This document shows, piece by piece, positions 13,011-27,039 of a DNA stretch of 64,000 bases. Below the pieces are notes generated by a model that was not told the origin of the DNA, made no database searches, and saw only the letters and a program-made list of their open reading frames with translations. Origin of the DNA: Octopus vulgaris. Its lineage: Eukaryota. The DNA lies in NCBI GenBank assembly GCA_951406725.2, contig OX597830.1, positions 12,710,001 through 12,774,000 on the forward strand, read 5' to 3'. How positions within the stretch are numbered: position 1 is the stretch's first letter; every line of letters begins with the position of its first letter. Made by a program: the position numbers and the translations under genes.

Positions 13011-14210
13011 AAACAGCGTAAAAATATTGATATAAATGTATTACTTAAACTTCTTTTCTATTGCCGAAATGAAATGAAATTATGGCTAAATTCACCTGTC
13101 AGCAACTAAATTAATGCTGACATAATAGATATGACAAAAATTCCATTGAAACAAAAGCTTGTAATCAAAGAAATTATTCATAGTAAGAAACAAACCCAAC
13201 TTTCTTTCAATCGTTTCTTCTCTTTCATGTGCTACGCTAAGTACTTTATATAGTCAATGAGCTTACGCTCGATTTCACACAGAGATTCACTGAATCCGTG
13301 ATTCATACACTTAATTTTCCCAATTTTATTTTTTGTGTTATTATCTAAATGTTTTTGGCCTTTTATGGATATTGATTTTTCTTATTGCATAACAGAGAAT
13401 TTTTCGTCTCTTAGTAATAATAAACTTTCATTAATTATAAATGATCATTATTAGATGATCATTCAAGTCAGCTGTTTAAATAATAAATACTAAAGGCGGA
13501 TTATTTTCGTTTGACAGTTATATAGTTCAATGAGTGGTTACTGAATTGTGCTGATCGTAAATCAATAATGCAAATGAATTGGTCAGTTAAAGAGAAAAGC
13601 TGATCTAAGTAAATAGGTGTTTTCTTACTTCTTAAGTATGTTTTCTTTCAACGTTAGACCAATCGAGCAAACAGTGTATTAAAATGTATGTATACGAAAA
13701 GCAGACCGATCAGTGCACACAGCTATTATCAAAATGACCAGTAGTAAAAGAATAAAGAATAATTATGGTTATCAAGCTAACACGCCAAATACTATAAATT
13801 CAAAAATCCCTGTTACCTGACCCCTTGTCAAAACAGTCATGTTGAAAATATCGACTAACAATGTCAACAAAGCGAGCAAATATTCAATCTTTACTGGCAC
13901 CTAGCGTTGTGTCACCTACCTGTCATACTTTATCCATCAAACTGATTTAAGACGACTGTCGCTGGAGTTTTCTTTGATTTTAACGATTAAATATCTACTA
14001 ACATAGCTTGTGTTGCTGCTGTTATTGTTGTTGTTGCTGATGCAAAACCAACCTTTTATTTCTTATTGCTTACATTGTTGAATTCATCGACCCAGGAAAA
14101 ACAACACTGATGTTAAGATATTTAGGTTATTAATTTCATGCTTAGTAAACAATTCAAGACGGTCTACAGTGACGGCTTTCTCTTCAAAACTTTATTAAGC
14201 ATTCGTTACA

Positions 14211-14289
14211 CAGGCGCGGCTGTGGGGTTAGAAGCTTGGTTCCCAATCACATGGTTTTGGGGTTTAGTCCACTGTGTGTGTGTGTGTGT

Positions 14290-14345
<56 letters not shown>

Positions 14346-14545
14346 CTGTGTTTGTCCCTCCTCCACCACTTGAAAACCGGTGTTGGTGTGTTTATGTCCC
14401 CTAACCTAACGGTTCGGCAACAGAAACCGCTAGAATAAGCACCAGGCTTTAAAAAAAGTACTGGGGTCGATTCATTCAACTAACATTTTTTCAAGGCGGT
14501 GCCCCAACATAGCTGCAGTCTAACGACTGGAACAAGTAAAAGATG
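14211..14545 (+). mobile_element. tRNA-derived SINE family A with internal (TG)n
   Basis: ggctgtggggttagaagctt head; ggtgttggtgtgtttatgtccc...gactggaacaagtaaaag tail. Confidence 0.75.
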
Positions 14546-14964
14546 GAACATAAAATGTCGGATTTGTTAGAGATCAGTGGTGGATAATGTTTATATTTTC
14601 CATTGGAGTATTAATAAAACGGATGACGTGAAGTGGATTCTGAGAATAATGGAGTTGAAACTTTACATTATGGCATTCATTATCTGCATTTTAATTCCTA
14701 CCAGAAATAAAAAGATTGTATTTATGAATGTGTTACATCTTGTGATGTGATTTTCATGTCTTTTATAACAGTATTGACGAAAGAATTGTGACATGAGAAC
14801 TCAGATGCCAGGAATAAGTATAATAATATTTTTACCTGTGAGAACTGGGAGACGAAATTATGAATTGTTACCATGGCAATTAACAGTAGAAATGAAAACA
14901 ACAAAACAATGAAAAAAGACAAGGAAATTAGCTTTACAAATAAAACCTACAAAAATGCGCAATG

Positions 14965-15181
14965 CGAGAGGGTGCCGAAAAGTTCCTGGTTTCAAGGGTA
15001 TCGGGAAAGGCCTGGTCGGAGCCCCAACCTTCTAAGTTCTTTCACAGGGCTTAGAAAAACTGAAGGACCACTGCAATAAATGTTTGAATCTGAGAGGGGA
15101 ATATGTTGAATAAAATTATAATTAACTTATCCTCCTGTAATTTCATTTGTCTAAAGTCAGGAACTTTCCAGCATCCCATCG
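14965..15181 (+). mobile_element. Mariner-derived MITE
   Basis: TIRs cgagagggtgccgaaaagttcctg / caggaactttccagcatcccatcg; internal GLEKLKDHCNKCLNLRGEYVE*-like mariner C-terminus. Confidence 0.75.
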
Positions 15182-16365
15182 TGCACGTTACATGATTGTA
15201 AGTCAAGTGCAATAAATGGCTGACCAGTTTTAATTCTGCCTTTCTGTGTACAAGTCTTGTGTAGTTCGACAGTAGATTTTATCCATTTGGTGTCACCGAT
15301 AGCTTCCAAGCATGAATGGAGACTATACCCACGCAGCAAAACTGAAGGCACGTTTCAACGTCATAAATTATTATCTGACGTTTGGGGGGCGATTCCCAGT
15401 AGAAGTATTATTCACTTGAAAATTACTTTTATAAGGTCATATTCTATTCTTTTGCGACTAAGAAATCAATATTTCTTCCATTAGGAGAAATGAACTTGAT
15501 AAATAATGCCTAGTCAGTGTTTCCTATCAAATGAGTGTCTGAGAATTTTATTTCATTTATTTCTGCTCTATGATGTCTATTGATGCCACATAAATATATA
15601 TGTTTACATGAAAGTAGATTTAACTGCGCCGCATATTACATTTTGTTTAGAGCACAAACGCTTCTATTCCTACATAATCAATTTCCATTTAAAGTGAAAA
15701 GTATTTCTGCATTTTTTAATATAAATGTTAACGTCCATACAGAATTAACAATTAGACTCATTTCAAATATTAAGATATGTTTTCTCTCTTCCTGTTTATC
15801 ATGCTGAATATTGAATTAGCAAAATAGAAAACTATAGGTTTCTAGACTTCATAATTTGTTCTGTTGTCTGTACTTATGGACAGATGGAGAAGAAATGTGT
15901 GCCTGATATGCATACGACATACGAGTGTATGTGTGTGCATGTTTGTGTGTTTTCAGCTGTATGAACCAAAAATTAAAGCGCTCGATGCAAAACCGTGTGT
16001 AAAATACGTAAATAAAATACATACAGGGTAACTGTTCATTGGTTGGCTCAAAACAAAAATGGTATGGAGGAATAACAGAAGGCAAATTTGAGCAACAATA
16101 AAATACCCACACTGCTATGTTCAGGCAGGTTATAAAGAAGTTATATATGATAATGAAAAGTCGATAGCAGATTTCAAAATATAGAATGCTGGAAATATCC
16201 AAACCATGTCAAAATGGGCTTCAGTGGTGCTACAATGCACAACCGTGAAAAGTTTCTTTCTTTGAAACACACACACTTCAAAAGTGAAGACATGTGCATA
16301 TGTATAATACGTACGCATCTATGCGCATGTGTGTAACTCGTATGTGTACATGTATATATCTACAG

Positions 16366-16584
16366 CAGTGCTTTTCAAACTTTTTGCTGGAGCGGAACCC
16401 CAAGGAAACATTCCACTGGCTCGAGGAACCCCTGTGCAATAATTTAATAGTCTTATGCACATATATCTGCACAGGAGAATTAAAAATTACTGCCGATTTT
16501 AGCAGTTTTGTAACTTCTTGCGAAACCCCTGGACTGTACTGGCGGAACCCTAAGGTTCCGCGGAACCGTGGTTGAAAACCACTG
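16366..16584. mobile_element. hAT (Charlie-like) MITE
   Basis: TIR cagtgcttttcaa / ttgaaaaccactg; 8-bp TSD atctacag/atctacat; sister copy at 43143-43343. Confidence 0.85.
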
Positions 16585-16594
16585 ATCTACATGG

Positions 16595-17061
16595 TCATCA
16601 AATCTAAGTAGAGACTTCAAACTTGAAATCTTCAAAGCCACAGTCGAACCAATTCTACTATATGGCTCAGAAACCTGGACGTTATCAAAGAAGCTTGAGA
16701 GGCGGTTGGATGGAACCTACACTCGCCTCCTTATGAGAGCTCAAAATCTCTCGTGGAAGCGTCATCCAACCAAAATGCAAATATATGGGAAATTACCACC
16801 TGTGTCATCTCTTGTGAAAGGTAGGAGAGTCCAGTTTGCTTGACATTGTTGTAGAGCTGAAAACGAGGCAATTTCTACTCTTCTCCTCTGGAAGCCATCT
16901 GCTCGCGATGCCAGAGGGCGCAGACCCTCCTACCCTGATGTAATCTCCAGGGATACAGGCATCCAGCAACAGGACCTCCGTAATGCTATGATGGACCGTG
17001 AAGTCTGGCGTAGCATGGTAAATTCCATTGTCTCGACCACGGTCGAACAATGATGATGATG
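16595..17061 (+). mobile_element. RTE LINE 3' end
   Basis: FKATVEPILLYGSETWTLSKKLERRLDGTYTRLL...MMDREVWRSMV followed by a (TGA)n tail. Confidence 0.9.
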
Positions 17062-17600
17062 GCATGTAACACAATTCCTATGAGTGCAGTTGTATATACA
17101 CGAGCATATGGAAGTGTATGCACTTGTTACATTACATAGATTTGCATAATTTTTCGTGAGTGTATCATTGTATACATTAACATGTACATGAACATGTGGA
17201 GTCGAAAACTTAGAATAACCTATGTGTTTGTGTTTATTCATGTGTGTAAATCGTATATCTTATGTTTTGGATGAATGGAAGACAACATCGCATATCACGC
17301 TGATGCATCCTATAAAAACCACCGGTAATCGCTAAAAAGGTTGAATAAAAGGTATTGACATCAGTAAATTGAGATAGGTGCTTATAAGTCACAACACTTA
17401 TCAGTCTACCAACGAAGTGTTAGCTTGTATATATTTTTATCTCATACAAGCGCGTGCGTACACACACTTTATCTTATACAAACGGGCGCGCGCGTACAAA
17501 CACACACACACACATATATCTGAGAAATCACATAAATGTGAAACAAGGTGGGAAAAATATTACTCGAATACCGGAGGTAGAATAATATCCTTTATTATTA

Positions 17601-17683
<83 letters not shown>

Positions 17684-17684
<1 letters not shown>

Positions 17685-18062
17685 GATATGACTGTCCCAA
17701 TCGATATAAACGTATCTGTCAAGACCTACCAAAAACTGAGCAAATATAAAGATCTTGAAATAGAAATTATCAAAATGTGGAACCTGAAGACTTAAACAAT
17801 ACCTGTAGTCATAGGTGCCCTGGGAATGATAGCAAAAGGGGATGATTGCTACCTAACTCAGATACCAGGAAATCCCAAAATGGCAGAAATTCAAAAGATA
17901 GTGTTCATGGGAACTGCTCATATCCTACGTAAAATACTTTCTATGTAATCTCAAGGTTTAAAACAAACATAATTTTCGTTTTTTTTTTTTTTTGTTTTCT
18001 TCTTATAGACATTCAGTAGTACTGAGTAAGACTTGGAGCCAACTTGTACAAATATAAAGCAA
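17684..18062 (+). mobile_element. R4/Dong-type LINE 3' fragment between (TAA)n tracts
   Basis: DMTVPIDINVSVKTYQKLSKYKDLEIEIIKMWNLKT*TIPVVIGALG = RLE C-terminus. Confidence 0.85.
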
Positions 18063-18106
18063 AATAATAATAATAATAATAATAATAATATTAATAATAA
18101 TAATAA

Positions 18107-18168
<62 letters not shown>

Positions 18169-18187
18169 ATAATAATAATAAATTATT

Positions 18188-18539
18188 ATTGAAAAAATGT
18201 GGCATCTCAAGGCGACTACAGTACCAGTGGTTGTAGGATCTCTAGGAATGATAAAAAAAAGGTACTGAAACCTATTTGAAAATGATTCCAGGCTTACCAT
18301 CCCTACAGGAAGTACAAAAAGCGTATTAACTGGAACGGCTCATGTAATAAGAAGAGCATTATCGCTGTGAAAACAACATCCATCCATGAATTTATTTATT
18401 TATTAATTTTTAAATACATATTTTATTTGTGAATTTGCGCGTGTAATCTGGGAATGCATACAATGAGCTTCTCTGCCCTAGGTGTATGGAAAACACTCGG
18501 CGAGAAACGGAAGAAAATTTGAAGAAGGAAGGAAAGAGC

Positions 18540-18541
<2 letters not shown>
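18188..18541 (+). mobile_element. Second R4/Dong-type LINE 3' fragment between (TAA)n tracts
   Basis: IEKMWHLKATTVPVVVGSLGMIKK...LTGTAHVIRRALSL* then a 3' UTR ending at (TAA)n. Confidence 0.8.
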
Positions 18542-18610
<69 letters not shown>

Positions 18611-18615
18611 ATATA

Positions 18616-18665
<50 letters not shown>

Positions 18666-19175
18666 GCGTGTCGCTTGATGTATGTCACTGGCATCTTGCT
18701 TGTTGTTCAGAAGCAAGAGAACTAAAATTTCTTGACGTGTCTAGAAGTTCGGACTAGCTTTATTGTTCTGATCATTATTCATACGGTGTGTTTATTTATT
18801 GAATATTTTTTCACCAACATACTGTTATTCACAGAATCTAATCATATATATGTTTTTTTTTTTGAGATTTTACAGACTACCATGTTTGAAAGAGCTCAGG
18901 TGTTTGTGCGCTATATTCTTGATAAAGTTTCTGTTAGACCAATGTCATAAACAATACTATCTTTCGTTTTCAGTTTTAATGGCCTGATGCTTATATACGA
19001 CGCTCTGTGAAACTTAGTATGAGTACGTATTGAGCATATTGCTGCTTTCCACAGGGTAAGACAGCTTTTAACCTCACTGTTTATACAAATCATGTATGTG
19101 TGTATGTGTGTGTATAGATAGATAGTTTGATATATAGATGTATAACTATTTTTATGTATGTATATATGCGTGTAA

Positions 19176-19231
<56 letters not shown>

Positions 19232-19779
19232 AGTTCGTTCTTAGCTACGAAAGCAGTATGAGTTCAAAATAGCATTTTGTATCTCACTCAGTGCCGACAT
19301 ATAAAAAGCCTAGAAATTGTGGTATACCATTCGAGAAAAAATCTCGAAAATATAATAAAACACAAAGAAAAAGAAAGAAAAAAGTAAAAAGACAAATACA
19401 TTAGTAGCAGACAAGGAGTGTCCAGCAAGGTGGCAACATTATTAAATCCGTATTTCTACTTCTTTGAACGTCATCAGTAGCAATTACGCACTAGCTAAGA
19501 CAAATTTAGCCTCTACCGATAGAGAAATACAACGATTAACAAATCACTAACGTCTCGATTAGGCAACAGGCTGTATGATTCATTATTAGCAATGGAAGTA
19601 TTGTGAGTTTAAAATAGCATTTTGTATGTCATACTTAAAGCAGTTGTGCTGCAATACGCCTAGAAACTGCAGTGTTCATATCGGAAAAGCATCTCGTATA
19701 CTTCTGCGCTTTTTAACATATAGGTCTATACGTGATGCTTTCTCGAGACAAATACTCCAGTTAACCAGATTGTAGTGTG

Positions 19780-19844
<65 letters not shown>

Positions 19845-19847
<3 letters not shown>

Positions 19848-20159
19848 AGAGTTTACGAAAAAAAAAGACGAAGACAGGTGGTGTACAAAACAAACAGATG
19901 TATTAGTATAACGCTCAGGAATAGAATAGTCTTTTACATTTCGAGCCTACGCTCTTCGACAGAAAGGGACACAGAAAAAACAAGGAGAGAGAAAAAAATG
20001 TGTGTAGTGGCTAACGATCTATCATGGTGGCTAGTGCCGGACAGAAGGGTCGAACACGAGGAGGAAAGTAGGGGAGATAACAAGGTAAAGATGACCCCCA
20101 ACACAAAGGTGCGTGTGTGTATAAGAGAGTATGTATGTGCGTGTGAAAGAGGGCTGGTG

Positions 20160-20160
<1 letters not shown>
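19845..20160 (-). mobile_element. Short Penelope-like terminal repeat between (TA)n tracts (family of 1538-1706)
   Basis: Reverse-complement identity to 1538-1706; HHR-like motif at 19931-19966. Confidence 0.55.
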
Positions 20161-20223
<63 letters not shown>

Positions 20224-20297
20224 GGGTAGAAATTGATATTTATCAATTAAGACCAGTGGTCTAGCATATTAAAAAAGAATCCGAAGATTAAAATATT

Positions 20298-20535
20298 TAT
20301 ATATACCAATTAAGGACTGAACACGAAAAGTGGACAGTCAACATGCTAGATATAGACGTCAAATCGCCATTCACCACAAAAGATTATGTTCTCAGATCAA
20401 ACTCAACACAAAACACAAACTCAACACAATTTTGTGTTGAGTTTGATCTGAGAACATAATCTTTTGTGGTGAATGGCGATTTGACGTCTATATCTAGCAT
20501 GTTGACTGTCCACTTTTCGTGTTCAGTCCTTAATT

Positions 20536-20545
<10 letters not shown>
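20298..20545. repeat. Perfect fold-back (arms 20298-20413 / 20430-20545)
   Basis: ~116-bp arms are reverse complements; the 16-nt loop repeats the arm tip. Confidence 0.95.
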
Positions 20546-20574
<29 letters not shown>

Positions 20575-20616
20575 TTTCTAAATATCGCAGAGAGATATAA
20601 GCAGTAGTGGTACGAT

Positions 20617-21033
<417 letters not shown>

Positions 21034-21099
21034 ACATTTTCTAAATAACGGGAAGTATATGAGGTCGAGTTTGTATTGTCTTTTAACTGTTAGAATATA

Positions 21100-21590
21100 T
21101 ACGATTATTTTCGTTTTAATTCCCCGATAAAGGGCGCAGTCACACGTGTACTAGTGATTGTGTGCTTAGAAAATTTTGTTATATTTCCCTTGGTTTGTTC
21201 GCTTTGTATTGTGTTGAAGTATTCTATTGTTATGCAGCGAATTATTCTGGTTATAGGAATTGTAGAATAAATCACTGTTACTGTTTCTCTTGAATTATTG
21301 TAAAATGTGTTCTTTGCTGTGTTTATTGATTAGGAATAACGGATCGGCCACACGTTTAATAACATTCCTTCGCAAAGTGATTTGAACTAGATCGTATTAT
21401 ACTTCCTGGTGCGTGCTTTTTTTACGCAGTGGATGAGTTTTATGCTATTGTATATCTAAAACGGCTAAAAGCGAATGATTAGTCGTATTTGTCTTCGACT
21501 CCGTGAAATGGTGCTTTGTCGGATGAGATATTGTTTTTGCGTTTACTCCATGGTTTTTGCTCAATAACATTTAGAAGACATTAAGAATCA
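21100..21590 (-). mobile_element. Heavily decayed Penelope-like fragment
   Basis: LFLINKH..EHIL...RN...IYSTIP....LHNNRIL remnants across frameshifts resemble the PLE linker. Confidence 0.45.
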
Positions 21591-22264
21591 GTGCATATAA
21601 AGAGAATTTAGGTGTTGGTCCGTAGGAACACGAAGCTAGGGACATCATTGTATCCAGAAAGGTGGTAAATTCTAATTTAATTCTTATTGCTATTTTCAGA
21701 TCGAACTCTTCCAAGGGTTGCATATCCCTCCAGATTTTAGAATCATTAGGTCGTGCTTCTAAATCATTAAGTCATCCTTTGTAGCAGGTCTGTAGCTACT
21801 AGAAATTGCATGAGGAATTTACTTTTGTCATTCATTAGAATCGCATTCTTTCTGATTCGATTTAGAATATTGGTGTGTGAATTAGATGAGCTGCAAAATT
21901 GTCCCATAGCTGTGAACAGTATTTCAGTGTGAACTTGGCTTTGTAAAGGTCACTATCTAATGAAAACCGAAGTATCACCTGACTCTTAGAATGGCCAGTT
22001 TTGACAATGTTATATATGTGAGGCTGCTACATGAAATCATCACGGGTTGTAAGGCCTAGCATTGCAATAACTTTAGAGATTCTATATCTGTGCTATTTAT
22101 GACCATAGAAGGTTAGATGGCTGATTATTATTATTATTGTTATTATTGTTGTTTTTGCTTAGCTCTAGGTCATCTCGTTTAATCAGATCAGTATCCAAAG
22201 ACATTCCAACCCTCTTCCTGTCTTTATATAACTAGGATTACGACTTCCAGTTTCTTCTTGTTTT

Positions 22265-22306
<42 letters not shown>

Positions 22307-22740
22307 TCTATTAAGATTTTGTTTTATTGAAAAAGCAACGTATTTAGTTGAGCGCAGGATGCACTGAGCAAAGTATTTAGTGCGTAGTCAACACCGTGAA
22401 AGCACAAAGATATTTAAAATACTGGGGTGTGAATTGATGGGGTACGTATAAGACAGAGAACTGCATTGATTGAAGCGTTGTACAGGTGTTTAAAGAAATG
22501 ATGTGTGATATAACTTTGACTAAGGAACAAAAGCGACTGGTCTTTGACGATTAATGTAACGGCTTTTCTTGGGATGTGAAAACTGTCAACTTTACTCTGC
22601 TCTAGAGAACATTACTTCATAAATAGCAGCACCTCAAGATTGTGGTATGTTTTGGTCTAAAATGGAATTCAGAATATGAGGTTGAGATCAATGGATGTTA
22701 GAAATGTTTATGAGGACCAATTGTAGGGGGTACTGTGCGA

Positions 22741-22784
<44 letters not shown>

Positions 22785-22959
22785 TTATATTAACTTATGA
22801 TTATGTAATATAATTATAATAAATGGTGCGGATAAACCCAACCGGCACGCTAGAAATAGACGGCAAATGGTTCTAAAAACCACATCTATATTCCGTTAGC
22901 ACAGGTTTTAAGCGGGCAGATGAAAAAAAAACTAATAAGATTTTTTGAAAAAATGGTTA

Positions 22960-23019
22960 ATTGTTGATCGATTTCTGGCTTAAAAGGGTTGTAAAACTCC
23001 TTGCTCTCTTCAGTACAAT
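22960..23019 (-). ncRNA. Type-I hammerhead motif, partly decayed
   Basis: attgta CTGAAGA [imperfect stem II] GAAA tcga TC aacaat. Confidence 0.6.
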
Positions 23020-23322
23020 ATGCCAAAGTATATAGATGTAAATATTTATACATACCCATAAGAACAGCATTTCCGCACGACTATATACATTCGTTTACAT
23101 TTATACAATAGTAAAAATCTAATTTTTTCTCATCTCAACCACGTGCTTTTATTATCAAAATAATCTTGCAGCGAATGCAATTTGATCAGGAACAAAATGT
23201 ATGTAATTTATACAAAATGTTTTTAATCAAGTGACCTACGTGAAATAAAAACCTTTTAGGTGACTATTTATATTAATCTCGCGTGATTGAGATGAGAAAA
23301 CATTAGATTTTCACTTGTGTAT

Positions 23323-23975
23323 GAATCCAGTTTTGTTTTGAAGACACCTACATCCACACCATGCAGGTCTCTCAGGCATTTTGAAAGGATATTGAGGAGC
23401 TGTAGGCCCTTGAAACCCAAGCTGTTGCAGTATCTGGTCCTGTATTTTGATGGCAATGTTGGGATCTTTGGCACTATGCAGTGGCGCTTCGTTCTGCTAT
23501 TTGTGTAACTTTCAATGCCAAAGTTTGGTACAAGGCCTTCCAGAATTATCTAGATGTATATCACTGCATATCTTTGCCACTTTCGTTATAGGGAGAAGAG
23601 TTTTAACTCTTTCAGACATTCCCTGTTCCTCACATGTTCATTGAGACGATTTTCTTTGGATTGGTTGGTTGGATTGCTTCGAGCTCCGCCGTTAATTTTA
23701 TATTGTGGTGACCATAGTTGGGAGCAGCAATCCAAGCAGCTGAGGACGTATGCCCTCCAAAGAACCATCATAGTTTCCTTTTCTTTCGTTTTGAAAGTTC
23801 GGAGGATCCATCCAGCTAGCCGTCTGCATCTTATCACCAAATTAGTAATATGCATCTGGAAAGATGCATTATCACTCATGTCGATGCCCAGGTCACGCAC
23901 TGATTTTGATTCAGGGACTTCAATTCCTCCCGGGCCAGTGTATCCTACCTGCATGTCGTTCAGTTTTGTGTGCTG
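23323..23975 (-). mobile_element. CR1/L2-group LINE, RT C-terminal fragment
   Basis: ESKSVRDLGIDMSDNASFQMHI...GWILRTF...LDCCSQLWSP...LKELKLFSL...FKTKLD. Confidence 0.85.
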
Positions 23976-24244
23976 GTCACGCCATCTTTTTTCAAAAAAT
24001 CTTATTTGTTTTTTTCATCTACCCGCTAACAACATGTGAGTATAGATGTGGCTTATAGAGCCATTTGGCGTCTATTTCTAGCGTGTTGGTGGTGTTTATC
24101 CGCACTCTTTAATATAATTATATTATATAATTATAAATTAATATAAATTGGTACCTATAAAGTTTTTATTTCACGCTGGCCACTTGATAAAATCGTTAAA
24201 GTGGTTTTATCCTTAATTTTGTATAAAATATATATATACTTATG

Positions 24245-24720
<476 letters not shown>

Positions 24721-26139
24721 CCATTTTGCTGGTCTTCATTGATATTTTACTGCCAAGATCTTACTGCAGGATGTTCCAAATCAGAAATAGCTATTCCTAA
24801 GAAAGCAGGCTCAGAGACTTTCCATTCTAAAGACCAGGTCTACTAGTACAAAACTGCATTTCTATAGTTTCTCTATTGCTAATCTCTGCTATGCACACGT
24901 AGAGCAATCAATAGTAAGCATCAATAACGAAGTAGACAGTCAATGAACTAATAATCTTCTTGTGACCATAAACTATATTTAAACGAAATATATGAGACCA
25001 GGCTGTTTCACGAAACAATATTTTGAATACTTTCTGCCAGTGTTTCATTGTCAGTACAAACCAAACCATAGAGGACATCAGTGATCAAGATGACCTCTAA
25101 CATATAGCAATATAACCTTCTTATAGAAGTTGCTGTTAAACAAGGACAGACACTACGAAGCCGTATAAATGCCAATGATATACTAATATATATAAATGGC
25201 AATAACAATACTAGAGAAATATAACAATTACATCGAAATATGAGACGTAACTGACATAAAAGTGATTTCACATATATCTCGAATAAAGATAATAGTGCCT
25301 GTGGGCAAATAATATTACGTACACAAATTTTATCTAGATTTTGGACTGATAAATGTATCATCATTGACTGGTAATTTAAACAATTCTTTCATGGTCGACA
25401 GAAAACATCTTTAAAAGATGGCTGCGTTTCAAACTGAATGTTTTGTTAAAGAAATATTAAGACATAAAGCTGACATATTTTTAAATATTCTGAAGCAGTA
25501 ACATTTTTTTGTTTATATCCGAATATCTGTGTATTTGTGTGAGTGAGAGAGGAGAGTGAAGGAGAGAGAGAATATTTATGAAGAGCAGAAAGCTTGATTT
25601 TCTTTTTTTTAAGTAATGTCTTTATATAAGTACATAGAACCGATGTGTGAGCGAATAGAAAGTACCACTGAAAGCATTACTGCAGATAATACTATATCAA
25701 ATGCATCAAGTCTGTCATTTGCCTTTTAGCTTTATTTTAGATTCGATTGCACCATCTAATTCCCTTCACGTCTTTCTGATACTGAAAGTAGCCGCCCCAG
25801 ACTTTTCAGATCAGTGATGTGAAAGAACACGAAATAGAGCTTTCTTATTATCTACTCTCACATGTCAAATATATTCTATTCGGTATGCCTTTATTAGTGG
25901 TAGCAGGACATGCATTTATAACATTTTCGGCGTTGGGCAATTTCAGTTATTCACGATTAGAAATTTAAATATAAATTCAATAACATATACGTTTGTGTGT
26001 TCGTTGTTAGTTGTTGCTGTTGTTGTTGTTATTGCCCGAAAGGCATCTGACGTACTTGCTGGCTACTGCTGGGAGGAGTTTTCGGCTCTTTCTAATACCC
26101 TGCGAGCAAAGTTTGTCTTGGCTCTCCACCAAGGAGAAC

Positions 26140-26192
<53 letters not shown>

Positions 26193-26299
26193 AACCCGTA
26201 AGAAAACCATTTGCTGTATTTTATCATGGAGGAAAGTTTCCACTGTAGACAAATATGTGGGGGGAAAATGAGTCAACTCACAGCACTCTCCAACCATAT

Positions 26300-26345
26300 T
26301 GTGGGATGCATGCATTTTGGGCTGGTCATATCCTCTTCAGCCACA
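26300..26345 (-). ncRNA. Decayed type-I hammerhead motif (G12A)
   Basis: tgtgg CTGAAGA gg..cc-c AAAA tgcatgca TC ccaca. Confidence 0.5.
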
Positions 26346-27039
26346 GAGACCGGAAAGACAGACGCTGTGAACTGATATGAGAGGCAAGACCCTCTTATAA
26401 TATTCCTGTCACAGTTCAACGACGGGTTCAATTCAGCAGCTTGTCGTAAATGCAATACGGGGTGACAGCGCTAAGCAGAGACCTGTCACTCGTGACTTAT
26501 TGATTAAACATTTCAAGAAGTGAAACATTTCATTAAAGATGAGAAATTAAGATAGATCAGTAGTTACGAAACGACACTTGAATGATCTGTTAAAATCTTA
26601 AACAGAAAATCTACCATCCAACATATGTTATCAGTACATTTATGGCCAACTTTAACCAATATTTTTCCCAGAAAACTACGAGAAGTTTATATGTATAACA
26701 TCAGACAACTTTGATAAATGTTAAGACTTATAGACTTTAATTATTTTGGTAGAATGTTTAACTAAAATTATCTAAAATTACAATATAAAGAGAAATTAGC
26801 ATATTACTAAGAAAGGAAACACGTGGGTTTTAAGAGTTACTTAATAACACCGAAGCCAGGGCGAATATCAAGCTGGTTCTTGCATGGACCATGTAGTCGG
26901 AGAAAAAAATTCGCTCACTCATACACACATGCATATATACATACATACACACATTTACACAGTCATGCATACATACATACATACATACATACATACATAC
27001 ATACCTACATTCATACATACATACATGCACATACATAAA

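Larger units (their letters stand above)
22785..24146. mobile_element. Diverged inverted repeats (22785-22956 / 23982-24146) enclosing an HHR motif and a CR1 fragment
   Basis: gcggataaac...cacgctagaaatagacg...gattttttgaaaaaa versus its reverse complement. Confidence 0.75.

Noticed and set aside
9400-14100. Repeat-poor stretch that might contain host exons
   Set aside because: Candidate exons checked (~10250-10485 and ~13920-13980, minus strand) have stops in all frames, and the ORFs show no recognisable domain; UTR or regulatory function cannot be excluded
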